From an uncultured delta proteobacterium (lineage in GTDB: Bacteria; Desulfobacterota; RBG-13-43-22): a stretch of 64,000 bases of DNA. The notes below the pieces were generated by a model. The model saw nothing but the letters and a program-made list of their open reading frames with translations. It did no database searches and was not told the DNA's origin. Both the position numbers and the translations under genes were made by a program. The stretch spans positions 256,001 to 320,000 of the forward strand of contig CAWJJC010000022.1 of NCBI GenBank assembly GCA_963843145.1. The letters run 5' to 3'. Below, in pieces: positions 1 through 10,155 of the stretch; the first letter of the stretch is position 1; each line of letters starts with the position of its first letter.

Positions 1-1
1 G

Positions 2-895
2 GCCCGGCTGAAACTGGCCCTGGACGAGCGGACCGCCGAATCCGATTTTACCGTTTCAGCCAATGACGGGGTGGTCACGGTCACCTATATGCCTCGGCAA
101 TCCCAGGGTTCTCCATTCATCACCGAAGTCCTGGCCGATCTCCCGGGGGTCAAAGAAGTCCTGGCCACTATGGCCGACAGCAATGTGCTCTGGATCCAGG
201 AGCGCTTCGATCCCCGTTCCGAAAATTATTCTCAGATCAATCAGGTGGCTCAACGTTGGGGCGCGGCCATAGAACTGCTCAGGTTTATACCCTCCGAGGA
301 GATCGGGATGGAGCCCGCAGAAGAGGCGCCGGCCGGCCACGCAACGGGATTTCAGAAAAAAGAATACACCGGGGGCATCGAAGACGACCTGCCCGAGTCG
401 CCCTCCGTCGATGACGGAGGGCTGGGGTTAACCCAAGAGGAACTGGTCCGCCAGGGACGGTCCGGGGGCAGCCGCAGCATCCAGGGGAATTTTCAGACCA
501 TAGCTTCGGCGGTCAGCCGGAATGTCAATTACAGTCTGGTGGTGATCGGCGATTTGTTCCTGTCCAAATCCAAGTCCGTCCAGACCCGCATGCTCCGGGA
601 CGTAAAGGTGTTCCTGGGGGATCGGGTCAGGGTGCCGGTGATTTCCGTCGACGAACTGCAGGAAAAATATCTCTTCGGCGGCCGGCAACTGATCAAATTC
701 CTGATCTTCATCGCCCTGGTGGCCGGGTGCTACCTGACCATTTTTACCAACCAGGTCCCGATCCTGGAATTTCTCCAAAAATACAAAGGAACGAAGGTCC
801 TCTCGGCGGTGGTCGTGGCCCTTTTCGTGCCGATCTTTGCCTACCTGTATGGCACGGTCGCCCACCTGTTCCTGAAAATGATCAAGTTCGATTAA
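2..895 (+). CDS. 5'-truncated membrane-anchored protein, probably cytidylate-kinase-like/BON family with two C-terminal TM helices
   Basis: Frame open from base 2 (ARLKLALDERTAESDFTVSANDGVVTV), resembling the BON-like segment of 9294-10130 (SRVKHALAVHDHTKGLELEVFAEKGVIKI); two hydrophobic helices at the C-terminus. Confidence 0.6.
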   Translation, partial: ARLKLALDERTAESDFTVSANDGVVTVTYMPRQSQGSPFITEVLADLPGVKEVLATMADSNVLWIQERFDPRSENYSQINQVAQRWGAAIELLRFIPSEEIGMEPAEEAPAGHATGFQKKEYTGGIEDDLPESPSVDDGGLGLTQEELVRQGRSGGSRSIQGNFQTIASAVSRNVNYSLVVIGDLFLSKSKSVQTRMLRDVKVFLGDRVRVPVISVDELQEKYLFGGRQLIKFLIFIALVAGCYLTIFTNQVPILEFLQKYKGTKVLSAVVVALFVPIFAYLYGTVAHLFLKMIKFD

Positions 896-925
896 ACTAT
901 CGCATGCGGATAAAGGAGTCTATCT

Positions 926-2014
926 ATGACTGGAGAATTAGCCAATTTATTTATCTCCTTGGACCTGGCCACGGCCCTGCAGGTGATCGTCCTGGGTTTT
1001 ATCGGCGGGGTCTTGAGCGGTTTTATCGGGAGCGGGGGGGCCTTCTTCATGACCCCGGGGATGATGAACCTGGGGGTCAACGGCGTCATCGCCGTGGCCA
1101 GCAACATTACCCACAAATTCGGCAAAGCCATGATGGGCTCCAAGAAACACGGGGAGATGGGCAATGTGGACAAGCGGCTGGCCCTCTTTCTGGTCTTGAC
1201 CTCCTTTGCCGGCATTCGGATCGCGGTCTGGATCAACAGTCTGCTTTTTCACGGGGGAGGGGACGGACACGGGGCCGCCAAAGGGGCCGGGGCCAATCTC
1301 TACATCAGCCTGGTTTTTGTCGGCATCCTGACGATGGTGGCTGTCTCCATGCTCCGGGATGTCCTGAAGAAAGGCGAGGATGGAGAAGGGCCCTCGAAAA
1401 AAATCGCTGAATTCCTTTCCGGCCTGAAGATTCCGCCTTTTATTTATTTTAAGGTGGCGGATGTCAAGGTCTCCTTGTGGCTGATCCTGCCGGTGGGGCT
1501 GGCTACGGGTTATCTGGCGGGAACCATCGGTGTCGGTGGATTTATCGGGGTCCCGGCCATGATCTATGTCTTCGGTATTCCCACGGCGGTGGCTGCCGGG
1601 ACCGAATTATATCTGGCCATGCTCATGGGGGCCTTCGGTGCCCTGAACTATGCCTGGGAAGGTTTCGTGGATATCCGTCTGGTGGTTTTGCTGTATGCCG
1701 GCTCCCTGTTGGGTGTCTATATGGGGGTTTACGGGGTCAAGGTAGTCAACGAACGGTACATCCGTCTGGTCACCGGATTGATCATCCTCCTCTGTGTCCT
1801 GAGTCGAGGGATTTCCATCCCGGTGTACCTCCGAGAGCTGGGGCACCTCAGCTATAATCCCGCCTACGATGTCTGGTTGAACGGGGCCAGCAAGTATCTG
1901 CTCTTTGCCAGTGGGATCAGCGGCGTCTTGGTTATCCTGGTCAATGTGTTCAAGGCCTTCAGCGCCCGGAAAAAGATACACCTGACGCTGGCCTATAGTA
2001 AGAAAACTACCTGA
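926..2014 (+). CDS. TSUP/TauE-SafE family sulfite/sulfur-compound exporter
   Basis: GFIGGVLSGFIGSGG and GYLAGTIGVGG Gly-rich repeats, many TM helices; RBS AAGGAG upstream. Confidence 0.9.
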   Translation: MTGELANLFISLDLATALQVIVLGFIGGVLSGFIGSGGAFFMTPGMMNLGVNGVIAVASNITHKFGKAMMGSKKHGEMGNVDKRLALFLVLTSFAGIRIAVWINSLLFHGGGDGHGAAKGAGANLYISLVFVGILTMVAVSMLRDVLKKGEDGEGPSKKIAEFLSGLKIPPFIYFKVADVKVSLWLILPVGLATGYLAGTIGVGGFIGVPAMIYVFGIPTAVAAGTELYLAMLMGAFGALNYAWEGFVDIRLVVLLYAGSLLGVYMGVYGVKVVNERYIRLVTGLIILLCVLSRGISIPVYLRELGHLSYNPAYDVWLNGASKYLLFASGISGVLVILVNVFKAFSARKKIHLTLAYSKKTT

Positions 2015-2063
2015 ACGGGTATTGGTGAACCCCAGCTCGAGGGAGCGGTAAGGAGGCAAACCG

Positions 2064-2471
2064 ATGGAGAATAAACTGCAAGTGCTTATACTGGACGATG
2101 AACCGATCGTCGGAAAACGGTTGGGACCGGCCCTGGCTAAAATGGGTGGGGAGGTGGAGGTTTTTGAAGACCCGCATCAGGCCCTGAAACGTATTGAGGA
2201 GAAAATCTTTGATATTGTGGTAACCGATATTCGGATGGAGGATATCGATGGCATCGAGATCCTGGAAAAGGTCAAGGCCAAATCCGACCGCACCAAGGTC
2301 ATTATGATCACCGGCTATGCCACCGTGGAGGTGGCCCGGGAGGCCATGGGCAAAGGGGCTTTTGATTTTATCGCCAAACCCTTTAAACCCAACGACCTGC
2401 GCGAAGTCATCGTCAAGGCTGCCAACGCCTTGGGATTTAAGGGGCTGACCCCCGTCATCCCCACTAAATAA
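2064..2471 (+). CDS. Stand-alone response regulator receiver
   Basis: LDDE, VTD, ITG, FIAKPF receiver motifs; RBS AAGGAGG. Confidence 0.92.
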   Translation: MENKLQVLILDDEPIVGKRLGPALAKMGGEVEVFEDPHQALKRIEEKIFDIVVTDIRMEDIDGIEILEKVKAKSDRTKVIMITGYATVEVAREAMGKGAFDFIAKPFKPNDLREVIVKAANALGFKGLTPVIPTK

Positions 2472-2510
2472 AAAAAGGGGCGGCGACATTTTTTAAGCGG
2501 GAACAGAACA

Positions 2511-4067
2511 ATGGTGCAGCGGGTCACTAAAGCCAATGATCCTTCAGACGATCTCCTGGAAAAAGAGGGGGCTCTTCTTGAAGGGACGTCCGTTTCCCCG
2601 ATGCCGGATGAACGCGGTTTCGCCGAAGCGCAGAAGGGCCTTACGGCCCGGCCCACCATGAGTATCCGGGCCAAGATCATTCTGGGATTTGTCCTGCTGT
2701 TTATCTTGAGTGCCGGGGCCAGCATCACCTTTCTGATCATGGGTTCCCGTATCAATCAGAAATTGAAGGTCATGGAAACCGTTAATTCCTATACCTTCGA
2801 GGTCCAACAGGCCCGCCGGTTTGAAAAGAATTTTTTTCTTTACCGGACCAATCTCCCGGACGCCCTGGAAAACATTCAGAATGCCCGTGAAGTCCTCAAG
2901 AAGGAAAAAGAAAATATTACCGAAGTGATCGGTCCGGAAAAATTAAATATGATGACGGCCCATCTGAACCGCTATGAAAGCCTGCTGACCAGCCTGAGGG
3001 CCGGCCAGGCCCCGTCGACCGAACCCCCGGCACCCTCGGCCAGTATCGAGGGAGAACTCCGGCAGCATGGGGCGGAAATGATTTTCCTGGCCGCCAATTT
3101 AGTCGAAAAAGAACGAAAAGACGTGGAGGCCATGACGCAATTATTTCGCCAGGTCCCGCTCTTTTTTTTGGCCATTCTGCTGATCGTCATGGCCTACCTG
3201 ACCCATTTTTTAGCCCAGCAGATCCTCCGTCCCCTAAACCGTTTTGTGGAATATACCTTGCGCATCGCCCGGGGTGATTTTACTCCCATCAAGCCGGCCA
3301 AAAAATACAAAGATGAATTCTCCCGACTGGCCATGGCCATCAACTGGATGATGGATCAATTAAAAAAAAACCAGGAGCAATATATTCAATCCCGTAAGAT
3401 GGCTTCCATCGGTACCCTGACCTCCGGTATTGCCCATGAACTGAATAATCCTCTCAATAATATCTGCATTACCACCGAATCCCTGATGGATGATCTGGAT
3501 ACCATTCCCGAGGCGGAAAAAAGAAAACGTCTTCAGGATATCTATACCCAGGCCGAGCGGGCCAGCGGGACGGTTCGCAATCTCCTGGACTTCACCCGGA
3601 TGGGGCAACCGACCTTCGTCCCGATTTCGGTTCGGGAACTCCTGAATTCCACCCTCAACCTGGCCCGGAACGAAATGGAGTTAAACGGCGTCCATCTGGA
3701 TTACGACCCTGAGTCGGCCGATGCCCGGTTGATGGGCGATTTCAGTCAATTGCAGCAAGTTTTCCTCAACCTGGTGATCAATGCCATCCAGGCCATGCCC
3801 CAGGGGGGCCGCCTGAGCATCGCGGTGAAAAACGAGGACCCCGACCTGGTCGGGATCACGGTAAAGGATACCGGCGTCGGTATCCCCCAGTCCATTATCA
3901 ATCAAATATTCGACCCTTTTTTTACCACCAAAGAAAAAGGGACCGGCCTGGGACTTTCGACCACCTACAGCATCGTCAAAAAACATGGGGGTAAGATCCA
4001 GATAGACAGCCAAATTAACCAGGGGTCCGCCTTCACCGTGCTTATTCCCAAATCCGAGGAGCGATAA
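2511..4067 (+). CDS. Membrane sensor histidine kinase (2 TM, HAMP, HisKA, HATPase)
   Basis: H-box GIAHELNNPL, N-box NLVINA, DTGVG, FFTTK-GTGLGL. Confidence 0.93.
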   Translation: MVQRVTKANDPSDDLLEKEGALLEGTSVSPMPDERGFAEAQKGLTARPTMSIRAKIILGFVLLFILSAGASITFLIMGSRINQKLKVMETVNSYTFEVQQARRFEKNFFLYRTNLPDALENIQNAREVLKKEKENITEVIGPEKLNMMTAHLNRYESLLTSLRAGQAPSTEPPAPSASIEGELRQHGAEMIFLAANLVEKERKDVEAMTQLFRQVPLFFLAILLIVMAYLTHFLAQQILRPLNRFVEYTLRIARGDFTPIKPAKKYKDEFSRLAMAINWMMDQLKKNQEQYIQSRKMASIGTLTSGIAHELNNPLNNICITTESLMDDLDTIPEAEKRKRLQDIYTQAERASGTVRNLLDFTRMGQPTFVPISVRELLNSTLNLARNEMELNGVHLDYDPESADARLMGDFSQLQQVFLNLVINAIQAMPQGGRLSIAVKNEDPDLVGITVKDTGVGIPQSIINQIFDPFFTTKEKGTGLGLSTTYSIVKKHGGKIQIDSQINQGSAFTVLIPKSEER

Positions 4068-4070
4068 GTC

Positions 4071-5009
4071 ATGTCTTTTTTTATCTATTTGCCGATTGCC
4101 GCCAGTAGTATCAATATCTTTCTCCTCTTGGGTCTGGGAGGCCTGGTGGGCTTTCTTTCCGGCCTTTTCGGGGTGGGAGGAGGCTTTCTGCTCACCCCGC
4201 TGCTGATTATGTTCGGCATCCCCCCCACCGTGGCCGCCGCCAGTGACTCCAACCAGATCGTGGCGGCCTCGGCTTCCGGGACCTATGCCCACTACCGTTT
4301 GGGAAATGTGGACTTCAAAATGGGGGTGGTTCTTTTGGTCGGGGGGGTGCTGGGCGGAAGTCTCGGGGTCTACCTGGTCCGCATGCTGCGGGCCATGGGA
4401 AATGCCGATTTCGTTATCAAGATCACCTACGTGGCCATGTTGGGGATCATCGGCGGGTATATGTTCGTCGAAAGCCTGCAAAGTCTCAAGAAGACGCCGG
4501 CCGCCGAAAAACCGTCGGAGGTTTCCCCCCGCAAACCTTCTCTATATGCCCGGTTGATTACCGCACTGCCTTTTAAGATGCATTTCACCAAATCCGGAAT
4601 CCAAATCTCCATGATCGTTCCCCTCTTGTTGGGAAGTCTGGTGGGGATCCTGGCGGCCATCATGGGTGTGGGAGGAGGCTTTGTCATGGTGCCGATCATG
4701 GTGTATCTGCTCCGGATGCCCATGCACGTCGTGGTGGGAACCAGTCTCTTTCAGATATTTTTTACCTGCATCAATGTGACCATCATGCAGGCCCATGTTA
4801 ACCATACCGTGGATTTCATCCTGGCCCTCATCCTGTTGATCGGCTCGTCCTGCGGGGCCCAGATCGGAGCCCGGATCAGCAAACGATTAAAGGGCGACCA
4901 GATCAAAATTCTTCTAGCCGTGATCATCATCGTGGTCATGGTCCAGATGCTCTTAGGCCTGATCCTTAGCCCCCATTTGCTATTAGCCTATAAAGGAGGC
5001 CACTCCTAA
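4071..5009 (+). CDS. TSUP/TauE-SafE family exporter
   Basis: GFLSGLFGVGGGFLLTP and AIMGVGGGF motifs. Confidence 0.92.
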   Translation: MSFFIYLPIAASSINIFLLLGLGGLVGFLSGLFGVGGGFLLTPLLIMFGIPPTVAAASDSNQIVAASASGTYAHYRLGNVDFKMGVVLLVGGVLGGSLGVYLVRMLRAMGNADFVIKITYVAMLGIIGGYMFVESLQSLKKTPAAEKPSEVSPRKPSLYARLITALPFKMHFTKSGIQISMIVPLLLGSLVGILAAIMGVGGGFVMVPIMVYLLRMPMHVVVGTSLFQIFFTCINVTIMQAHVNHTVDFILALILLIGSSCGAQIGARISKRLKGDQIKILLAVIIIVVMVQMLLGLILSPHLLLAYKGGHS

Positions 5010-5803
5010 TGAAGCGGTCCAAACAAACAACCTTGATTGGGGCCATCGTCCTTTTTGTCCTTAGTGGGGCTTTCTTTATTTCCGAGGCTGTTGGCCGGAC
5101 TTCCCCGCCGGGGATCGATGTGGTGCAACCCAAAACGATACGGATCGGGACCTTTTTTTCCGGAGGTCAGGTGACAGTGCGGGGGGTGGTCCCGGCGGGG
5201 GATCAAGTGGCCTTACGAATCCTGGGACCCCGTCATCCGCTGGTCCTGATGAAAAAGGGTCGCGTCGGGGGGCTGTGGATGAATGTGGGCCAGGTTACTT
5301 TCCAAGATATACCAAAAATCTACCTGCTCTGGACCTCGACCCCGGTGTCTTCCCTGGGGACGGAAGCCGAACGCCGATCCTGGAAAATGGATTATCCTTC
5401 GCTGCTGGCCGGAGCCTTGCCCCGAAACAATCCGGAGGAAGAAGGTCGGTTGCTTCAGGAATTGGTCAAATTAAAAGAGGCGGACCAGCTCTACCATATC
5501 TTTGAGGGTGCGGTTAAGATGAAGTCCCTGGAGCCCGAGGATTGGGAGCAGGTCGACGCGCTGTTAAGCCTGCCGGCAAAGATCGAGCCCGGTTCGTACT
5601 CCCTGGAGATGATAGCTTTCAAGGGGGGGCAAGGCCGGCTGATTCATTCCAGCACCCTGGAAGTCAGACTGGCGGGGTTGCCGGCCCTGGTTTCCGATTT
5701 GGCCGCCCGCCAGGGGTTATGGTACGGTATCCTGGCCGTGCTGATCGCCACCGTAAGTGGACTGCTCATCGGGATCGTTTTCAGTTCCAAAGGGGGCCAT
5801 TAA
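5009..5803 (+). CDS. TIGR02186-like membrane-anchored accessory protein of TSUP exporters
   Basis: N-terminal signal/TM, KKGRVGGLWMN motif, C-terminal TM; translationally coupled to the TSUP gene (TAATG). Confidence 0.8.
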   Translation: MKRSKQTTLIGAIVLFVLSGAFFISEAVGRTSPPGIDVVQPKTIRIGTFFSGGQVTVRGVVPAGDQVALRILGPRHPLVLMKKGRVGGLWMNVGQVTFQDIPKIYLLWTSTPVSSLGTEAERRSWKMDYPSLLAGALPRNNPEEEGRLLQELVKLKEADQLYHIFEGAVKMKSLEPEDWEQVDALLSLPAKIEPGSYSLEMIAFKGGQGRLIHSSTLEVRLAGLPALVSDLAARQGLWYGILAVLIATVSGLLIGIVFSSKGGH

Positions 5804-5838
5804 GAACCCGCAGCGCCTCCGAAACAGGTTCGAACGTC

Positions 5839-8397
5839 ATGTTGGATTCCATCAAATCTTTTTTCCGACGAAAAAAAAGCGAGGAAGGACTAAGCCTGCA
5901 GTTCCTGTTCCAAAGCTTCCGGGAACTGTTGGATTACAACAACCGAGCTCTGGACCTGATGGCCGATATGGGGGAAAAACTAGGCGGCGATTATCTGTTC
6001 GACAAACAGTATATTGAGACCGTGATCGCCGAGTTGGAGGAGGCGGTCTATAAAGTCGTCTACGATCTGAATTTAATCACTCCGAAGAAGTACCTGGAGC
6101 TGTTCACCGTTTTTGAAAAGGCTAAAATCGAAATTCAGGGCGAGTTGAGCTCCCGCTTCACCATCCCTAAGGGAGCCTACGTATATTCGCTAGGGGAACT
6201 GACCAAAGAAATGTCCGATTTTGCCGGAGAAAAAATGGCTACTCTGGGGGAACTCCGGAACCGTCTGGGATTGCGGATTCCGGAAGGTTTTGTGATTTCC
6301 ACCTATGCCTTCAAGCAGTTTATCGAAGCCAACGAGTTGGAATCCCTGGTGGCCCCCCTGGGGGAAGGGAAGTTACAGCCGGAGGTCATGGAGGAAAAGG
6401 CCCGGGAACTGCGGGAACGGATCCTGCGGGCCAAGGTCCCTTCGGAAATCAGGAAGGCCATCCGGAAAGTACTTTCTTCTCAGGAGGCCCTTCCGGTGAA
6501 GCACTGGGCGGTGCGCAGCAGCGCGGTTGGGGAAGACAGCCAAATCAGTTATGCCGGCCAGTATACCACGGTTTTAAATGTCCCCTCCGCGCAAATCGAG
6601 GCCGGCTACAAACAGGTAGTCGCCAGCCTGTTTGCTCCCCCGGTTATCCAGTATCGCCTACAGCGGGGGAGCCGGCAGCAGGAAATGGCCATGGCCGTCG
6701 GCTGTCTGTCCATGCTCTCCCCCCGGGTCAGCGGGGTCGTCTACACCGCCGATCCTAACGGCTTTGAAGGGAACGAAATGATCCTGGCGGCCGCCTGGGG
6801 GTTGGGTAAATTGGTGGTGGACGGGGAAAGAGCAGTGGATCAATACAAGGTTTCCAAAAATCCACCCTTTCCGGTTTTGTGGCAGCATATCGGGATTAAA
6901 AATGAACAATATGAATTGTCCGAAGCCGGGGGGATCGCCCTGGTCCCGGTCCCTCCGGAAAAGCAGGAGGTCCCCTGTCTGGATGAATCCCGGATGCGCG
7001 AAGTTCTGGCCGGGGCCATCCGGATTGAACAATACATGAAATCCTTCCAGGACATCGAATGGGCCATCGATTCCCAGGGCCAAGTCACCTACCTTCAGGC
7101 TCGGCCGCTCCAATTTACCGGCAAATTGAAATTGGATAAAAACCGGCTGATTACCGCCGCCCAGCAATATCCGATATTGCTAAAAGACCGGGGAGTGATC
7201 GCCAGCCGGGGTATCGGGGCCGGGACCGTTTTCCAAGTGCAATCCGAAGAGGACAGCCGACATTTTCCCCGCGGCGCAGTGCTGGTCTTGAAACATACTT
7301 CGCCCCGCCTATCCAAACTGGTTCCCGCCGCCAGTGCGGTGGTGACCGATATCGGGGCCGTCACCGGTCACATGGCCACCATCTGCCGGGAATTCCGGGT
7401 GCCCACCATCGTGGATACCGCCTTGGCTACGGAGGTCCTGAAATCCGGAATGGAAGTGACGGTGGATGCCGAAGAGAATGTGATCTATCAGGGGATCGTC
7501 AAAGAACTCCTGACCGCCCAGTTGATCGATCACATCCCCTATGAAGAAACCTATGAATTCAAATTGCTGCGGCGCTTGTTAAAAAAGGTTTCCATCCTGA
7601 ACGTGACCGATCCCCAATCCACTGATTTCGATTCGGCCCACTGTAAAACGTTTCACGACATCATCCGGTTTTCCCATGAAATGGCGGTCCGGAGGATCGC
7701 CCAGGGCATTCACCCCAGCCAGTTGGGTTTCATGCATTCGCTGACTAAAGTTAAGTTGCCCGTCCCGCTGGACCTGACCATCCTGGACATCGGGGGGGGG
7801 ATCCGAACGGGCCTTTCCTCCAACGAGATCTCCCTGGAAGAGATCGCCTGCGAGCCTTTGTCCATCCTGCTCCGGGCTTTGATCGCGCCGGGGGTCTGGC
7901 AGTCCCAACCGGTGGATTTGGACCTGAAGGGTTTCATTTCCAGCTTTACCAGCAACCTTTCCACCCAGGCGCTGGCCGCCGATAGCTCGAATGTGAATTT
8001 GGCCATTGTCTCCAAAGAATATATCAATCTAAATTTAGGTCTGGGGTACCATTTTAATATGGTGGACGGCTACCTTTCCAACGATCGCAACAGCAACTAC
8101 CTCTATTTTCGATTCTTCGGCGGCGTCACCGAATTCACCCGCCGGAGCCGACGGGTCAGGGTGTTGGCTCAGATTTTGGAAAAAAATGATTTTGCCGTGG
8201 AAAGCAAAGCGGACTTGATCATCGGCCGTATTAAAAAGATGGACCGCCCGAATATGGAGAACAAATTTCGTATGCTCGGACGATTAATCGGCTACACCCG
8301 GCAACTGGACGTCTTATTGCGGACGGATCAGGACATCGATTTTTTTACCAACCAGTTCTTTGAAGGGGAGGCGAATGCCCATCCCCTGACCGATTGA
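5839..8397 (+). CDS. PEP-synthase/PPDK-like protein (ATP-grasp plus phospho-His swivel domain, atypical C-terminus)
   Basis: AGEKMATLGEL, AVRSSA..ED....YAGQY, QDIEWAI, LQARP; His motif GAVTGHMATICRE; start at ATG 5839 avoids overlap with the upstream gene. Confidence 0.88.
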   Translation: MLDSIKSFFRRKKSEEGLSLQFLFQSFRELLDYNNRALDLMADMGEKLGGDYLFDKQYIETVIAELEEAVYKVVYDLNLITPKKYLELFTVFEKAKIEIQGELSSRFTIPKGAYVYSLGELTKEMSDFAGEKMATLGELRNRLGLRIPEGFVISTYAFKQFIEANELESLVAPLGEGKLQPEVMEEKARELRERILRAKVPSEIRKAIRKVLSSQEALPVKHWAVRSSAVGEDSQISYAGQYTTVLNVPSAQIEAGYKQVVASLFAPPVIQYRLQRGSRQQEMAMAVGCLSMLSPRVSGVVYTADPNGFEGNEMILAAAWGLGKLVVDGERAVDQYKVSKNPPFPVLWQHIGIKNEQYELSEAGGIALVPVPPEKQEVPCLDESRMREVLAGAIRIEQYMKSFQDIEWAIDSQGQVTYLQARPLQFTGKLKLDKNRLITAAQQYPILLKDRGVIASRGIGAGTVFQVQSEEDSRHFPRGAVLVLKHTSPRLSKLVPAASAVVTDIGAVTGHMATICREFRVPTIVDTALATEVLKSGMEVTVDAEENVIYQGIVKELLTAQLIDHIPYEETYEFKLLRRLLKKVSILNVTDPQSTDFDSAHCKTFHDIIRFSHEMAVRRIAQGIHPSQLGFMHSLTKVKLPVPLDLTILDIGGGIRTGLSSNEISLEEIACEPLSILLRALIAPGVWQSQPVDLDLKGFISSFTSNLSTQALAADSSNVNLAIVSKEYINLNLGLGYHFNMVDGYLSNDRNSNYLYFRFFGGVTEFTRRSRRVRVLAQILEKNDFAVESKADLIIGRIKKMDRPNMENKFRMLGRLIGYTRQLDVLLRTDQDIDFFTNQFFEGEANAHPLTD

Positions 8398-8446
8398 AGA
8401 GGGTTTTTCGATTGGGGAAAGGTCCCTAACGGGGAAGGAGGTTCCA

Positions 8447-8818
8447 ATGAAAAGTGATATTGCTGTCATGGTCCTGGACGATGAACCGATAGTCGGGGAG
8501 CGGCTCCGGCCGGTCCTGGAAAAGGAGGGCTTTCAGGTGGAAGTTTTTACCGACAGTCGGCAGGCGATCAACCGGCTGGAGGAGAAGCATTTTCAGGTCC
8601 TGGTAACCGATCTGAAAATGAGCGGGCCTACCGGCATCGATGTCCTGCGGTTTCTCAAAGACCGGAAACGGGACACCGAAGCCATCGTCATTACCGGATA
8701 CGCGACGATTGAAAGCGCCCGGGAAGCCGAATATCTGAACGCACAATTCGTCACCAAACCTTTCAAGCTGGAGCACATCGTTAAACTGGTGGAGAAAGCG
8801 GCTAAAAAATTCAAGTAA
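8447..8818 (+). CDS. Stand-alone response regulator receiver
   Basis: LDDE, VTDLKM, ITGY, TKPF; RBS AGGAGG. Confidence 0.92.
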   Translation: MKSDIAVMVLDDEPIVGERLRPVLEKEGFQVEVFTDSRQAINRLEEKHFQVLVTDLKMSGPTGIDVLRFLKDRKRDTEAIVITGYATIESAREAEYLNAQFVTKPFKLEHIVKLVEKAAKKFK

Positions 8819-8846
8819 TTCCTGCCGGCTTTGGAGCGGAGGTCCC

Positions 8847-9215
8847 ATGGAACCCATTCCCAGCGTAATGATCCTGGATGACGAACCGATCGTCTGCGAA
8901 CGACTGCGTTCCACCCTGGAGAAGGTGAATCTCGATCTCGAAACCTTTACCGACCCCCGGGAAGCGATTAAGCGATTTTCCGAAAAAAAATTTCAGGTCT
9001 TGATTACCGATCTCAAAATGAAAGAATTAGACGGTATCGAAATCTTGAAACGGGTCAAACAGGTTTCCCCGGAAACCCAGGTGATTATCATTACGGGTTT
9101 CGCTACAGTCGAAAAGGCAAAAGAAGCCCTAAAAATCGGGGCCTATGACTTTATCGCCAAACCTTTTAAACTTTCTCAGTTACGGGATTTGGTGGTCAAG
9201 GCTCTCGAGCGGTGA
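8847..9215 (+). CDS. Stand-alone response regulator receiver
   Basis: LDDE, ITDLKM, ITGF, FIAKPF. Confidence 0.92.
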   Translation: MEPIPSVMILDDEPIVCERLRSTLEKVNLDLETFTDPREAIKRFSEKKFQVLITDLKMKELDGIEILKRVKQVSPETQVIIITGFATVEKAKEALKIGAYDFIAKPFKLSQLRDLVVKALER

Positions 9216-9293
9216 GGCGCGGTCCCCATCTCAAGAAACGGCCTTCAGGGTTCAGAAGTTCGCCAAGTACCTATTCGTACCAAAGGAGGAAAA

Positions 9294-10130
9294 ATGGCCA
9301 TCATTACCATTTCCAGGGGCACCATGAGCGGCGGGGAATCCCTGGCGAAATGTCTTTCCGAGAAACTGGGATTTCCAGCCGTCAGCCAGGAAATTATCGA
9401 GGAGGCCTCCAGACGGTCCGGGATCTCCCCATCCCTTCTTCAGCAGCAACTGGAAAAAACCAAAGGATTGGTCCACGGCTCTTCCCCCGAGCGGCGTTGT
9501 TATCTTACCGCTATTCAATTGGCCCTGGCCGAAAGGATGCAAGAAGGTTCGTTCATCTATTATGGACATGCAGGACATCTATTGTTAAAAAAACTGCCCC
9601 AGGTCCTGAAAGTCCGAGTGATCGCCCCTCTGCAGTCGAGAGCCCAGAAACTGGCCGAGACGCAAAATATTACCCTGGAAGAAGCCCAAAAAAACATCGA
9701 GAAAATGGACGAGGGCCGGATTAAGTGGACTCGTTTTTTGTACGAGGTAGACTGGCGGGACCCGGCACTCTATGATTTGGTCATTAATCTGGATGCCATA
9801 ACGATAGAGGGCGCCTGCGGTATTATCGAGTGTGCTTTAAACCAAACGGAGTTTGCCGAGTCTCCGGATTCTTCGGCGAGCATTGAGGATTTTGTCCTGG
9901 CCAGCCGGGTGAAGCACGCTCTGGCGGTCCATGACCATACCAAGGGGTTGGAATTGGAAGTATTTGCCGAAAAGGGGGTTATTAAGATCAGCGGGAGCTT
10001 TGAGACCGGCGGGATTTTTCCCAGTGGGAAAAAACGAATCAAAAACGACCTGACCGTTGTGGCGCAACAGGTCCCGGGCGTTAAAAAAGTCCAGATCGGC
10101 CTTGAAGATATTCCGGTAGCCTTGGAATAA
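9294..10130 (+). CDS. Cytidylate-kinase-like protein with C-terminal BON-like domain
   Basis: IITISRGTMSGG P-loop-like start, YDLVIN motif; BON-like C-terminal segment. Confidence 0.85.
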   Translation: MAIITISRGTMSGGESLAKCLSEKLGFPAVSQEIIEEASRRSGISPSLLQQQLEKTKGLVHGSSPERRCYLTAIQLALAERMQEGSFIYYGHAGHLLLKKLPQVLKVRVIAPLQSRAQKLAETQNITLEEAQKNIEKMDEGRIKWTRFLYEVDWRDPALYDLVINLDAITIEGACGIIECALNQTEFAESPDSSASIEDFVLASRVKHALAVHDHTKGLELEVFAEKGVIKISGSFETGGIFPSGKKRIKNDLTVVAQQVPGVKKVQIGLEDIPVALE

Positions 10131-10155
10131 CAAATAGCCTAGAGAGGATAATCCG

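Noticed and set aside
5542-5838. 99-aa N-terminal extension of the PEP-synthase-like ORF
   Set aside because: Overlaps the upstream gene and has shadow-frame composition; ATG 5839 preferred
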